Source of the DNA: Cercozoa sp. M6MM
Lineage: Eukaryota > Protista > Endomyxa: Ascetosporea
DNA: 64,000 nt
NCBI GenBank assembly: GCA_040357565.1
Contig: JBDODJ010000013.1
Direction: 5' to 3' (one strand)
Shown here: piece by piece, positions 25,873-37,563 of the stretch
How positions within the stretch are numbered: the stretch's first letter is position 1
How the letters are laid out: each line of letters begins with the position of its first letter
The notes under the pieces: generated by a model
The model's database searches: none
Told to the model about the DNA's origin: nothing
What the model saw: the letters and a program-made list of their open reading frames with translations, nothing else
Position numbers and translations under genes: made by a program

Positions 25873-27935
25873 TTAGTAACCTCCGACAGACTCAGCGTAG
25901 CTGTATCGATGCGTGTCGTCGTTGTACTTGCCCTTTCTAATGCCCGCCCCGGCCTGAGAGCAGGAGATATCGAGCGACATGTTGACAGGGTAAATTATAA
26001 GGGAAAGAACAGTACGTAGTTGTATGCATATGGGTGATGATGGGGACGGAATTTGACGTCAACTTTGTCCCAGAGAATGGCGTCAGTCTTTCGGCATAGA
26101 GGCACGATTTGACGACACTCGATGATGCGATTGCGGTCCCAGTCGGGTCCGTACTGCACGCAGCGACCAAAGAAGAGTGACTCTGCGAAGTATCCAGTCA
26201 ATATGATATTCGACCCTTAAAGTAAGAAACAAAGCTCTACCTTCGTCGACACGAAGGTGACAGTATTTCGGTAAATGCAGGGGCGCCTGGTCGCCAAATT
26301 CCACCACTGGCGGACACGTCATGGAGCCGAGTTCCACAACAATGGCATCCAACGCCACAATGGCCGGATTCGTTGCCTCCGAGTCCTGCAGACGAAAGTT
26401 GCCGATCGAGATACCGGTTAACAGCTGCTCCGTCACAGTGTCGCCACTCGCACTGAACAGCGCAAAGTCGATCGTCGGGTGGTTCATCAGAGCGAATGTG
26501 CTTTGGACGCAACGTGGTAAATTGATTGCACTTGTGGCGTCCAAAAAGTCGACTGCACAGTATCGAAACAATCTACAGTATCTTCTACTGAAGAAGAGTG
26601 CACTCGCATACCGAAATCGCCAAGGTCCAGTAGTCGCTTTTCGATGTCAATAATGTGCGGAACAAGACTATCGCAGCAGGTGCGCGGATCAGTGAGTCGG
26701 CGACACATGAGATCCGACAGTTTGAACGGACTCCAGATGGCGCCGGTACTGCGATTATGTTGAGTGACAAAAGACAGCACTCGATAAAGAAGCAAAGGCA
26801 GTTTACACACTGGATGAAGCAGCTTGGCACGTGAGTTCAATACTCGCCACTGAGACGGCTAGTTGCGTGTCGCCCAGCAGTGACATTTCCTCCTGTGTTT
26901 ACGGTTTTAGACAACTGACCTCCCCAAGTAAAAAGAAAAGTGAAAGAGGAACCTCTGATCGGAATTGTAGATCCTCGTACTCAGCATTTTCCAGCAAGTT
27001 GCGCGACTTGGGCGGAATCTCGACCCGCCAGTCGTCGCCGAGGTGACTACAGTCAACAGCGACCGAGTCGCCAACGTTGCGTTTCGTTCCGTCATTCGCG
27101 CGGCAGAATGCGTCAGTTTGCCCTCCAGTCATGTACTGTCGAATCCGAGTATTGAAAACCTCCTTAATCAAGTACCAGGTTTAGAGTACAGATGGAGGGG
27201 TCGTCGATGCACTGTTTGAGTACTTGGTAAAGTACTTTTCGTACTTTTCGCGTCGGTAAGCGTCGGTGTCGACGTCGTACGGAGTGTCAGGGAGGTTTCC
27301 ATACATCTGACTGTACTTGTCCTTCCGTGTGGTAGGTGTGTCTTTGTTGGTTGCGCTGTAGTAGTTGTTTATGGGACTATGGGTCGCCTGATTGGTCGGC
27401 TTGTTGCCATCGAAACTCTTGTACATTTCATTGTACTTGAATGTCTCCTTGTACACGTCTTTCTGTGAATACGAATGGCTTAGTGCAGATTGTCAAGCCA
27501 AACAAGTTTGAAATAGCGCTGTACCTTTTCAGGAGGTGTGTAGACTTGTTCAACCGAACGACGATAGTCGCTGTAAATGTCTTGGTAGTCGCTGCCCTGG
27601 CCGTTGGTCGGAGCGGATGTTTGTGTCTTTGTCGGGGTGGGACTCGGTGTTGGAACAGGTTTCTCCACTGGTACACCGTCAGGTGTCAGTGCACTAGAGG
27701 TGGTCTCCCGAGGCACACCGTCAACACTCTCGGCCGAACGTTTCTGGAACTCGTTGTTGCCATGTCCGTCGTTCGAGTTTTCGACCACTTCGATTCCGCC
27801 CTTGTGAGTGTTTTCCTCACCGGCACTGGACTCAGTTTCGCCTATTACTTCGATTCCTTGAGCAAGCACCGATGTCACCATTAGCGTATGCATGCACATG
27901 AGTGCCAGTAGCACCAATGTCGGCATCTGTCGCAT
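25873..27935 (-). CDS. Hypothetical secreted protein
   Basis: Signal-peptide-like MPTLVLLALMCMHTLMVTSVLA, a Pro/Thr linker, then Tyr-rich and Cys-containing exons. The last exon ends ..YSYAESVGGY*. Confidence 0.6.
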
Positions 27936-28411
27936 TGTTTCAGTGTGGTTTCAGTCGAGTCTCACCACAGCTGGGCACACGAGCTAGGACACTCAAGACT
28001 CTGGTACTGAGCACCGGAGTTTCGCCAAGTCGCACGAGTTTTTTGACTCGGTTTCGCCGCTTCAGATTTTTCGGTTTCGCGGGAACAGAATACAACATCA
28101 CGCAACCATTCAGTGCAAAAAACGTAACTTGCACTTTGATAAAGGCTATATTCGTGCTCAAGCATACAAGGTCTCACTAAAAAGCACGTGAGTGGCTCGA
28201 ACGCATTTTTAAAACTCTGTGCGCGAAGAAAGCTGCGTGTTAATTTTTGGAGATTGTCGGCAAAAGCAGAAAGCGGACAACAAATCTGTAGCCACGAAGA
28301 AAATGACTGCGTTACGTCAGATCTAAGCGGGCCACTTGTTTTTTGAGGTGTTTTATAGGCAGAGGTGCCGGGGCGCGCTGATTACCTGGATCTGCTAAAT
28401 TGCAATCAAAG

Positions 28412-31331
28412 ATGGCCGATGAGTTGGCCGTCTTCTTGCGCAACGCACAGGTAGTTTCTTCCCGGAGAAAAGAGTTGTTGAAGATGTGAAAGTACGTGCA
28501 GTGCGACGAAGCGCGCGACTGGTGCTTTGAGAATGGCGCCGAAGTGAAATTCACGGAGTTTCGTGCGATTTTCGCCCAAGCTGGCGTTGATGCGCTCTTG
28601 CATCTGTTGAGGTAAAAGGCTGAAGACTGTGTGTTGGGGGAGGCGAGTTTCAAAGTTTTCATGCTTGCAGACGGCTGAAGCGTGATATTGATCGAAATCG
28701 ACTGTCTCATGTGCCGCGTGCACTGTTGGCAGCTGTGCGTGAGTCTGTTGGCAGCGAGCCGAACGAGAACGATGCGCAGCTCGCGCAGCAGCTTGTGCTA
28801 GACGCTTGTGAAGGTTTCCTTCCTGGGACTTCATCCTACCATATCTGAGGTGTCTCTAGTTTTTGCCTTTCTTGTGCAGAGAAGCCGTGGCTGAGCGCGC
28901 GGAATCTCGCCGAGCTGATCGAGATTTTCGCGCTGCCTTTTGATGCCGAGAGTGAAGTGTTTGTGCGTGTGGTGCGAGCAACCAAGTCGCTGCTGCAGCA
29001 CGGTGCGATTGGCGATGCTGTCGACATGGTTCGGTGGATGCCGGACTCGCTGCTTCTTGAGATCACTCCTGAGGGTGCCAGCAATTTCTCAAATCGTTTG
29101 ACCCAGGTTCGGATGTGTCTGTGTTTTTTCAATTAGAGCTGGTGCGTCCTTGCATCAAGAAACGTCGTTTTTTGGACGGCCTGCTCGCCGTGTTGGGGGC
29201 CAAAGACGATCCGGTGGTCGAACAGCACTGCGATAGCTTCAGACGCGAGCTAATTCGACAGGCAGCTGATCGGTGCACCAAACTGATTGGTGCAATTGAA
29301 AAACACTATTCGTTGATATGGCTGCAGAAATGGCGGCAAGGATCCAACTTACGCTTTGAATCTCGTGACTCGTTTCGGCTTCAGTTTTGACTCGTTTCCG
29401 CGCGTTCTCTATTTGAAGGTATGCTCTTTTTGCGTTTTCAAATTGGTCAAAACCAAGTTCACCTTTGCAAACAGAGAAAGCAGCTGGTCTGGTGGACGAT
29501 TCGCGAAAACATTTTCGACGACTTTGCCGATCTCATCATTCCCGGTAATCAGCGTATTTTTTTTTTAGTTGTTTAAATTGATCTCGTCGGTCATGATCAA
29601 TAAACGCACTTGTTTGCAGAAGCACAATCTGACGAGAATTACAAATTGAGGTGGTATGCCTGCCAGCAAATGCAAAAGCGAGGTGCATTTCTTTGTTTTC
29701 TTTGTTAACAACGATTTCTTCCGTTTGTGCCTTCAAGTTAGGAATGGACATTGAGAAGTACCTGCTCCAGTACGACCTAGCCGACGATCCGTTTTTCGCT
29801 CGACGAACTCCGGTCGCTGATAAGAACAGTGTGAGCAACGAAAGCGACGGCGATGGCAGTGAAAGCACAACGACAACTGATGATAGCGATCCGTACTTGA
29901 CGATCGATGTGCCAATTCACGTTGTGGACGACTTTTCCTGTTAGTTGCGCACTTTTGTTTCTGCTTTCAAAACGATGCTTGTTCTTTTATAGCTGCGAAG
30001 AAACTGTCGAATGCACTTGCAAACGCGAGGATAGTCGGCATGGATGCTGAAAGAGTCAACGAGCAGTTGCTTCCTTTGGTTGGTTTATTTTCTCCGTCGC
30101 TCTGTTCTAATTATCTTTCACTTCGAGCTCTGTACAGTGCGAGCACAAGCAAGTCCTAAGTATGGATCTCAGCATGGCTTCGCAGTGGCTGCAGATTTCG
30201 ACCGAGACTGGTATTCGTTTATCCAGTTCGATTGCTTTGACTTTTGTATTTTTCTCTTTGTCAGAGTGCTTCCTGGTGGATTTGCCAAAGATTCGTTCGA
30301 CACATGTCGCAGTGTCGCACAATGGTTTCTTCTTGATGTCCCTTCTATTTTTGTTGCTGCCGATACATTGTTTCGACAGAATGTACGCTCGAGGACCTTG
30401 AGAATGAGCTCGATGACTTTGACAGGTACTCTGATTCGCTACAGTGTAACTTGACTGATGTATGCACCCTCGTGCAGTCTGTCCGATGTGGAGTCACAAG
30501 ATGACACTGACGTCACTGCCTTTAACGTGTTCGATACCGCTTTGTCCGATCTGTTTCAAAACGAAGCGATCACCAAGGCTGGCATGGACTTTGGCAATGA
30601 CTTGCGTGAACTCCTGTATGCCCGTTTATATCTGCATACTCCATTCGATTCATTCGTTACTGTTACTGTTGTTTTGTCATTTTTACAGGAAGGACATTCC
30701 AGAGCTGCTGTGTCTGAGGACTCCCGTTGTGAACTACTGCGAACTACTTTCTGTTTTGCAACGGTAGATTTGTTTATTGTCGGCTTGTGTTGTTTCTTAT
30801 TTCTTCTTACAGCTTGCCGAGGCGAAAGAAGATCAGTCAGGCGGACAAGTGAGTTTTTTTAATTGTTCTGTTGCGTGCTGTCCGGTTCGATTTGAATCAA
30901 TCTGATTCAGGTACAAGCCAAAAACTCGCGGCGATTTCGTGGCCAATTCTTCGCAGAATTTGGTCGCCCAGTCATCCACTGGCGGACTGAGTCACCTCGT
31001 CCACTGCTTCCTTGGCAAGCACCTCGACAAGCGCGAGCGAATGAGCAACTGGGTATGTTTACTTTAAATGTGTCTGATTTTCTTCATTACGTCATGTTTT
31101 CTTGCAGGCGTTGCGTCCGTTGCGACCGTCGCAGCAAGAGTACGCTGCGTTGGATGCGCTGTGCTGTGTCCAGATTGTGCAACGTCTTGCCTCGCAGGAG
31201 GTGAGAGCTTCTGTTCTTTCGTTAGTTTCTCCTCAATATTTGTTTTTTACATGTCGCGCATTGTGCAGCACAATTACAATGAGGTGTTGCCGCCTTTTGA
31301 AACGCTCTGCAGCGATTTATTTGCGACTTAA
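28412..31331 (+). CDS. DEDDy 3'-5' exonuclease, EXD3/Mut-7/Nibbler-like
   Basis: ExoI IVGMDAE (~30030-30050), ExoII KAGMDFGNDL, GLSHLVHCFLGKHLDKRERMSNW, and ExoIII RPLRPSQQEYAALDA, after a long helical N-terminus. Confidence 0.8.
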
Positions 31332-31413
31332 GTACGCGATTTATTGCGACGCGACCTTCGTTAACTAAGTCTTCGCTCCAGGCTGCAGCTGCTCTAGTGC
31401 GCAACCGGACAGA

Positions 31414-32900
31414 TTATTTCAGCAACTCAACGTGGTCGGCCGCCTCAATTCGCGTCGGAAAGGTTTCGAAGCGCTCGAATTTCCACTGGGAATCATCGTC
31501 GCTTCGAGAGAAGTGTGCCTTGACTAGAACTCCTGTAATGTCAACTTTCTTCATGGAAAGAAACCACAGCTTTCAAGTACGCTGCTTCCTGTACCGATAT
31601 CGTTTCGAAGTGCCGCGCCAGTGCGACTGTCAAAGTTGCGAGGATGCTGATCGTAGTCGTCCAGTAGGTCGCCTTGACCGAGCACTACGAGTCCTGAGCG
31701 CGCTGAATCTGATTTCGACTGCATCACGCGGATCGGCAGCACGTGGTGCGAACTTGTTCCGTGTATCTGCGACATCAATATACAAGTCTAGTTGCTCAGT
31801 AAATACTGTCTCTGAATGGCAAGGACGTACAACATCAGCTCCGGCATCAACGAGCATCTGTGACACTGGCATCATCACATTATCGATGAAGTGCCTGTCT
31901 TCGTGCCAGTTGGGACCCCTGAAAACCGTTCCGTTGAGCTGGAGCGATTTAATACAGCCCTGTTACTGTTAGTGTACCAATGCAAACAGACAACGAGAAT
32001 GTCGACCGTGCTGCGTACTTCTTGAATACGCGTTACCAGCCACGCAGCGCACTCTTTAGGTCTGGCATCGGTGTCGATCATTGCGCAACCGACCGGTGTT
32101 CCGGCACGTGCTTCCTGTCAGTAAGGTCGTTCTTTTCTGAATGAGTTGAACATGTTTACGTATACCCAGCCTTCCGGATGATCGGTGGCACCGAGGAATC
32201 CGATTCGTACACCGTTTCTTTCGACAACCTACTCTTACGGTACTAGGTGGGACAGTATGAAAGCTAAAGAGCAGCTTACCGAAACTGCGCGAGCTTCCGA
32301 CAGAGTTCGTCCGACTCCGCAGTGCTTGATGCCTGCTTGATCCAAGACACTCCTGGAGCACAAAAACCCAAGTGCTCCCTTCTGGGCATGTGCTGTGCGA
32401 AAACCCGGAGCTAAAACTTACAAAGTTTCGAGTGCACCTTCGTATCGGTAGTCCAGAACTGCTCCAATTATGTGGATTAACTTCTAAGCAGGGAAAGCGA
32501 ACCAGTTTTTCCAACTTGACTTACTGTGATTGTTGGCGAGGTTGACCGCACCTGTGTTTCGACAAGGATATTAATGCAAGCTAAGGGTCACATCTGAGGA
32601 AGACAGCCACATGAACTTCTTACCAACGTTAGCAATCTTGAGTGCGTCAACTCGGTGCGGAAGCATGCGGAAGTTGAACACTTTGTTCGGCCACGGAACA
32701 CTCTCATTCGTTATTGCTGTTTCCTGCAGCACGCAGCACAGCACCCTTTCAGAAAGCGACAGAGAAGGAACTTTCTACCAAGTTTAAAGCAAACAAGTCA
32801 CTGTCCTGAATCACCGGAAGCAGGTCTCCCCAGATCTGGAGCAAGTCAGAAAGCGAAGCAACAACGACTGTAAATTAAACAGAAAATGAAAGGTGTTGAC
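31414..32900 (-). CDS. Hypothetical multi-exon protein
   Basis: Series of short open segments bounded by GT-AG, ending ..DHVELLK*. No motif recognised; start unknown. Confidence 0.35.
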
Positions 32901-33498
32901 AAATAAATGAAAACTACGGCTGTGTTGTCGTGTTGGAACCACCGGCGCGAATGTTCGCGACCTAAACAGTTTAGAACTTCTCTTTAGATTTTGGATCATT
33001 GGCTAAAGTCGTCACCCAGCATGAAGTCGCCGCCAAGCAGGACGGAGAACCTTTTGCTGGTTTGCATTGAAATCTTCGCCACTTCGAACACTATCCGGGC
33101 TTTCTGCCAGCGATTTGGGCTCTCCAGCGATCTATGCAGATCTAAACTGCGTACTTTCGCCTGTTTTTCGATGCGGTACTGGTCGGTCCAGCCGAACTTG
33201 AATATCCGAACCTACACGTGTCGGGTCGAGTGGGTTTTGCGTTGACCCGACCCGAACCGCGACTACAGTCCCGTGCTGCGCTGTACTTGTAGCACCTGTC
33301 TCTGCCTTGCGCATGCGCAGAAGCTAAACAACGTCTTCAGAACTCAACTGGGACCGATGTCGACCGGATGGCATGATCACAAATTAAAATCAGGAAATTA
33401 AAATTCAACCATGCGTCGCAATATGTCGATATAAATCTCGCGTCCTCTCTGCACGTCTGGGAGAGTGACGCGTGTAAGTCTCACTGACTGACAGTGGT

Positions 33499-35458
33499 CT
33501 AGGCAGACAAATCGGCACGCTTCTGCAGCAGCTTGATCTCCGTTTCGGCCCTTGCGCGGTACTCACGACGCCAAGTCGCGAACTCTACAGAAGACATAGA
33601 ATATACTGGAGGCGGGAGGGGGAGGGGGGAGGGGTAGTGAAGACAAGGGTACCCGATGACTCCAGGAAGGTCTGCAGGAGGTTGGTGGTGACAAGTTTAC
33701 TAACTTCGGCGTGCACCTTGGCCAACTCGCGGAGACGCCGAATGCGCACTGAGCCGTCGCTTCTGCTGTTGGGCACAGGCGCGCCAGCTTCACCAAGCTC
33801 GGTGCTACACTCGGCGGCACTGGTGTCGCCACGCGTGGCACCGACGCCTTTGAAGAGTTTCACTACGGTGGAGCGCAAGTGGTCGCTCACATTGAGCATC
33901 TCGGAAGAGTTGCTGTGCAGGAAGCGGCGGTACAGCTCCACCAGGTCGGTGTCCTTGAGACCGTTGCGAGCCGCCATGCGATAGGTTACGAGGAACTCAA
34001 TGTTCTCACCACCTGGGTCATAAATTTACAAATAGAAATCACACAGGGTCAGAAGAAAGGCTAAAGTATAGATGCACAAACGTACTGTAGACATCGTGGG
34101 CCTGCTTGTGCAGCATGGCACGCAGGTCGGGGTTGTCAATCACACGCTCGAGCGACCAGGTACGTGCCGTCCACAGCAACTGAAGTACCTCGACACGTTT
34201 GTTCTCGGCAGCGGCAGCGAACACAATCACGAGCAGTCCAATCACCAGGGCACTGATGGCAATCACCAGTGCCGTGTTGATACTGTCCTGCACATCCTGA
34301 GTGACTTGAGCGACGTCGGCCACAATGCCATCGCGCAGAGGCACAACGTGTTCGAGCACCCTGTCGGCGTGCTCCTGCAGCTCGCCAACGAACAACTCGC
34401 GCGCCTCGGCCACGCTGCTGCTGTTGCCGCCGCCAGCCGTCTTATCAGCAATGGTAGCCAGTGTGTCCATGTAGGCATCGGCACTGTCGATCGTGCTCTG
34501 CGGCGGGTCCGACAGCTCGAGGATCTCGAGCCACGCCTCCTCGAATTGACCCAGTGTCACGCGCGACATCTCCGAGTACAGACCCCGGATGCCGTCTTCC
34601 TTGGCCGAGACTGCCCACACCCCGGTTGTAAACACTCAAAAGGACCTTCCTAGCGTATACAGTCAAGGTGCCACCTGTGAGCATAACGGCCGACCATGCC
34701 GACTCAAACACACTGGCCACCTTGTACGATCTCGTGGCAACCTGTACTTGAACATCAGCTGTGTGGATATCGTCCTCGGCACGCTCTGCTTGCACCCAGA
34801 ACAGCACCTACTCGATGTACATGTCAGATAAAAAACACACGCAGTGCATTCCACTCTATACAAAGGGTATGACATACCGTAGACGTCAGAAGCAGGAGCC
34901 AGCACAGCAGGAGCGACACGGAGACGACTCGTTCCTTCTGCTGCAGTGCACGACGCGAGCGACGCCGCCAGTCACCCTGACTCCGGGTGCCCGACTCTGT
35001 GCCGGTGCCAGTCCCTGTTGCTGGAGCACCGTTGCTCTCCAGGTCACTGCCTGTGCCCGTGCTACCGGCGCTGCCAGCGATCTGGAAGGCATCGCTCAGT
35101 CTGGAGCCTGCCATGTCGCTGCTACAGACATGGGGAGTAAGTTATCAGCATATAGTTGAATGGGAGGGGGGACCTCTCCATGCTGCTGGAGTCACTCAGG
35201 TGCGAGTCGGTCTCGTCGTCAGAATCGTCGTCGTCGGTGAAGAGGTCTTTTGGATGCACAGAATTTCGCGGTGACACGATCTTGACGCCGTCCAGCGCGA
35301 CTCGGTGCAGCAGTCGCTTGCGCGTCACTTTAATCGCGCGCTTGAGACGCAATTGTGCCGCGTTGACCATGCGTGTCGTGAGTAACGCCATCAACAGTGC
35401 GATACCGAGCTATAAAATGTATAGACTATTTGTATGTATAGGTATATGTATGCATGTG

Positions 35459-35500
<42 letters not shown>

Positions 35501-36567
35501 TGTGTGTGTGTGTGTCCACGGAAGTGCAAACTTACAACAACAACACCAGCAACACCCCATTTGACAGCGCGTTTGCGAACGTCGACACTCTCTTGTCGCA
35601 GTCGCGCGAGATCGTTTTTGTTGGCATCCTCGACCGCCACGAGCGATCCGGTCAGCACCGTGGTGTTGAAGTAGATGTCGTTGTCCTTCAAGCTGTTGTT
35701 GACCGACATGTACTTCTGCGCCTCGATCAGCAGTGTCTCGTTACCGCCGGCTTCGAACGCCATTTGCATTCCCTCCTACACACACACGCACTTTCAATCA
35801 GAGGGTTTTACAATTAAGAGGCCGGAGCACACAAGGCGAGTACCGCTTCCCACGGGATCTGTCGTCCCAAGAAGGGCACGTAGGTCGTCACGAATGCGTC
35901 GCGAGTCTCGGGTGCCAAGTCTTCCTGCGAGATGCGCTCCGAGTAGCCTTCGACGGCACGTAGAATATCGTCCCAAAAGCGCTGTCCCTGTACGCCAAGT
36001 CAAGGATCAGTTTTATAGAATAACGGGGAAGGAGTAAAAGGGAATGAAAGGAGGTAAACGTCGACACTACAGTACCTCGGAGACAGTGCCAGCATCGTCG
36101 TACTGCGTGAAGTCGTAGCGCATGCCGAGATCGCCCAATAAGGACGGGTCGAAGATCGTCGTGAAGGCCACCGAGATCTGCCACACGCGAGCCAGGCCAA
36201 GTTCCACAAAGTCAAAGGAAGAGTCCATCACTGCAGGCATGTTCTTGTGCACGAGGTCGCGCACGTCGATGCCGACGACGAGACTGCCGATCACGGTGAC
36301 GATGGAGGCCACCCACATGGCTCCCACCACGAGCTGTGCAACAACAACAATAGCAACAAATGCAAGAAAACAGCAAGAAAAACAACAAAGGTCGCAACTC
36401 ACGCGTTGCGTGCGCTGCGCGCGTTCGAAGCGAAGGTCGGCCTTGTCGAGCTGCAGGTCCTGCTCATCGTCACGAACCGTGGTCACGCCGGCCGTGTCGT
36501 TCCTGGTCAGTGCCGGCGGAGCAGCCGGATTCACCGAGAGTTCGATGGATTCCACTGGTTCTGCCAT
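33499..36567 (-). CDS. Membrane-anchored RGS protein with four predicted TM segments and two helical ectodomains
   Basis: RGS box SLERVIDNPDLRAML..ENIEFL..ELYRRFL..SEMLNVS..TFLESSEF. TMs: LVVGAMWVASIVTVIGSLVVGI, WGVAGVVV|LGIALLMALL, VVSVSLLLCWLLLLTST|VLFWV, ALVIAISALVIGLLVIVFAAA. Confidence 0.85.
35455..35514. repeat. (TG)n microsatellite in an RGS intron
   Basis: Directly visible. Confidence 0.95.
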
Positions 36568-37563
36568 CGATCTTCTCCTGGGTCAGCGGGTGGTGACGGG
36601 AAGGCTACTCCTTTGCGAAAGCTGGCCGAAGCAACAGTGCACTCAATCCGCCAGCCACTATCAGTCAGTCAAGCCAACACTGCAAGCCGCTACCGTTGCA
36701 CGCACGGTAACACAGGCACGCTTCGCGCGAACGAAAAATGACCGTTTTGGACGGGTGGCCGGCCGCAGTGCACCTTCATTTTGCATTGATCAGCGCGATC
36801 GATCACGTTTCAGCAGTTTAAGAGATCAAGGGTATCAGCAGACGTGCTTCCCCAGCCAGAAGCTGCGGTGGCTGACAAATCCGCAGTCAGTCAATGAGAC
36901 GATGATGCTGTCCCAACATCCATCAGCAGGTATCACGGCAGTCAGGCACCGTGCTCAATCGTTGCAGACCGTTCCAGCGAGTAGTTATCATCTTGGCTGT
37001 TCTCGAAACGCAGGTCACTCACTGCAGTGAAGCGAACGCACGTCATGCACCAGTTGTCTCTCACGGCCCACAGTACTCTCCCCTGTTTTGGCTTCAAAAG
37101 GAGGCGTGGGGTTGTTCGACACAATTGAAGTCGACTTGTACTGTACTGGTACTGTCTTGATACAGCACAGCTGACGTCAACGGGAAACAAATTGAAACCC
37201 ATCGCGTTCTATGTGGATTTTTGAAACCATCATTGATTGGTCAAGAATCATCGTGTCAGTGCTCTATAACGGAAAAGGTGCCTTTCTGTTCAAAGGCGCT
37301 TGTGTTGCACCAAAAGCAGTACGATTGCGTCGGGGGTTCGGGTGTATCGCAAACGAATGAAACGAAATCCTGAAACGGAAACTTTCACAACCAATCATTG
37401 ATCTTGAGTGATCTAGGTGACCACCCGACTGGAGTGGTCAAACGATTTGGCCGTTTCGACAAACCTCTTGCATAGGATGACATCAAAGATGCTTGTGCGG
37501 CATCTGTATCAACCTCTGTCCACACAACACAGAAGTCTAGGACGTCCCTTGCGCAGCGGCGTG
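36568..37563. promoter_or_regulatory. Putative bidirectional promoter between the RGS and GPCR genes
   Basis: Divergent start codons; oppositely oriented CCAAT-like boxes (TGATTGG 37234-37240, CCAATCA 37391-37397) and TGACGTCA at 37172-37179. Function is inferred. Confidence 0.35.
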
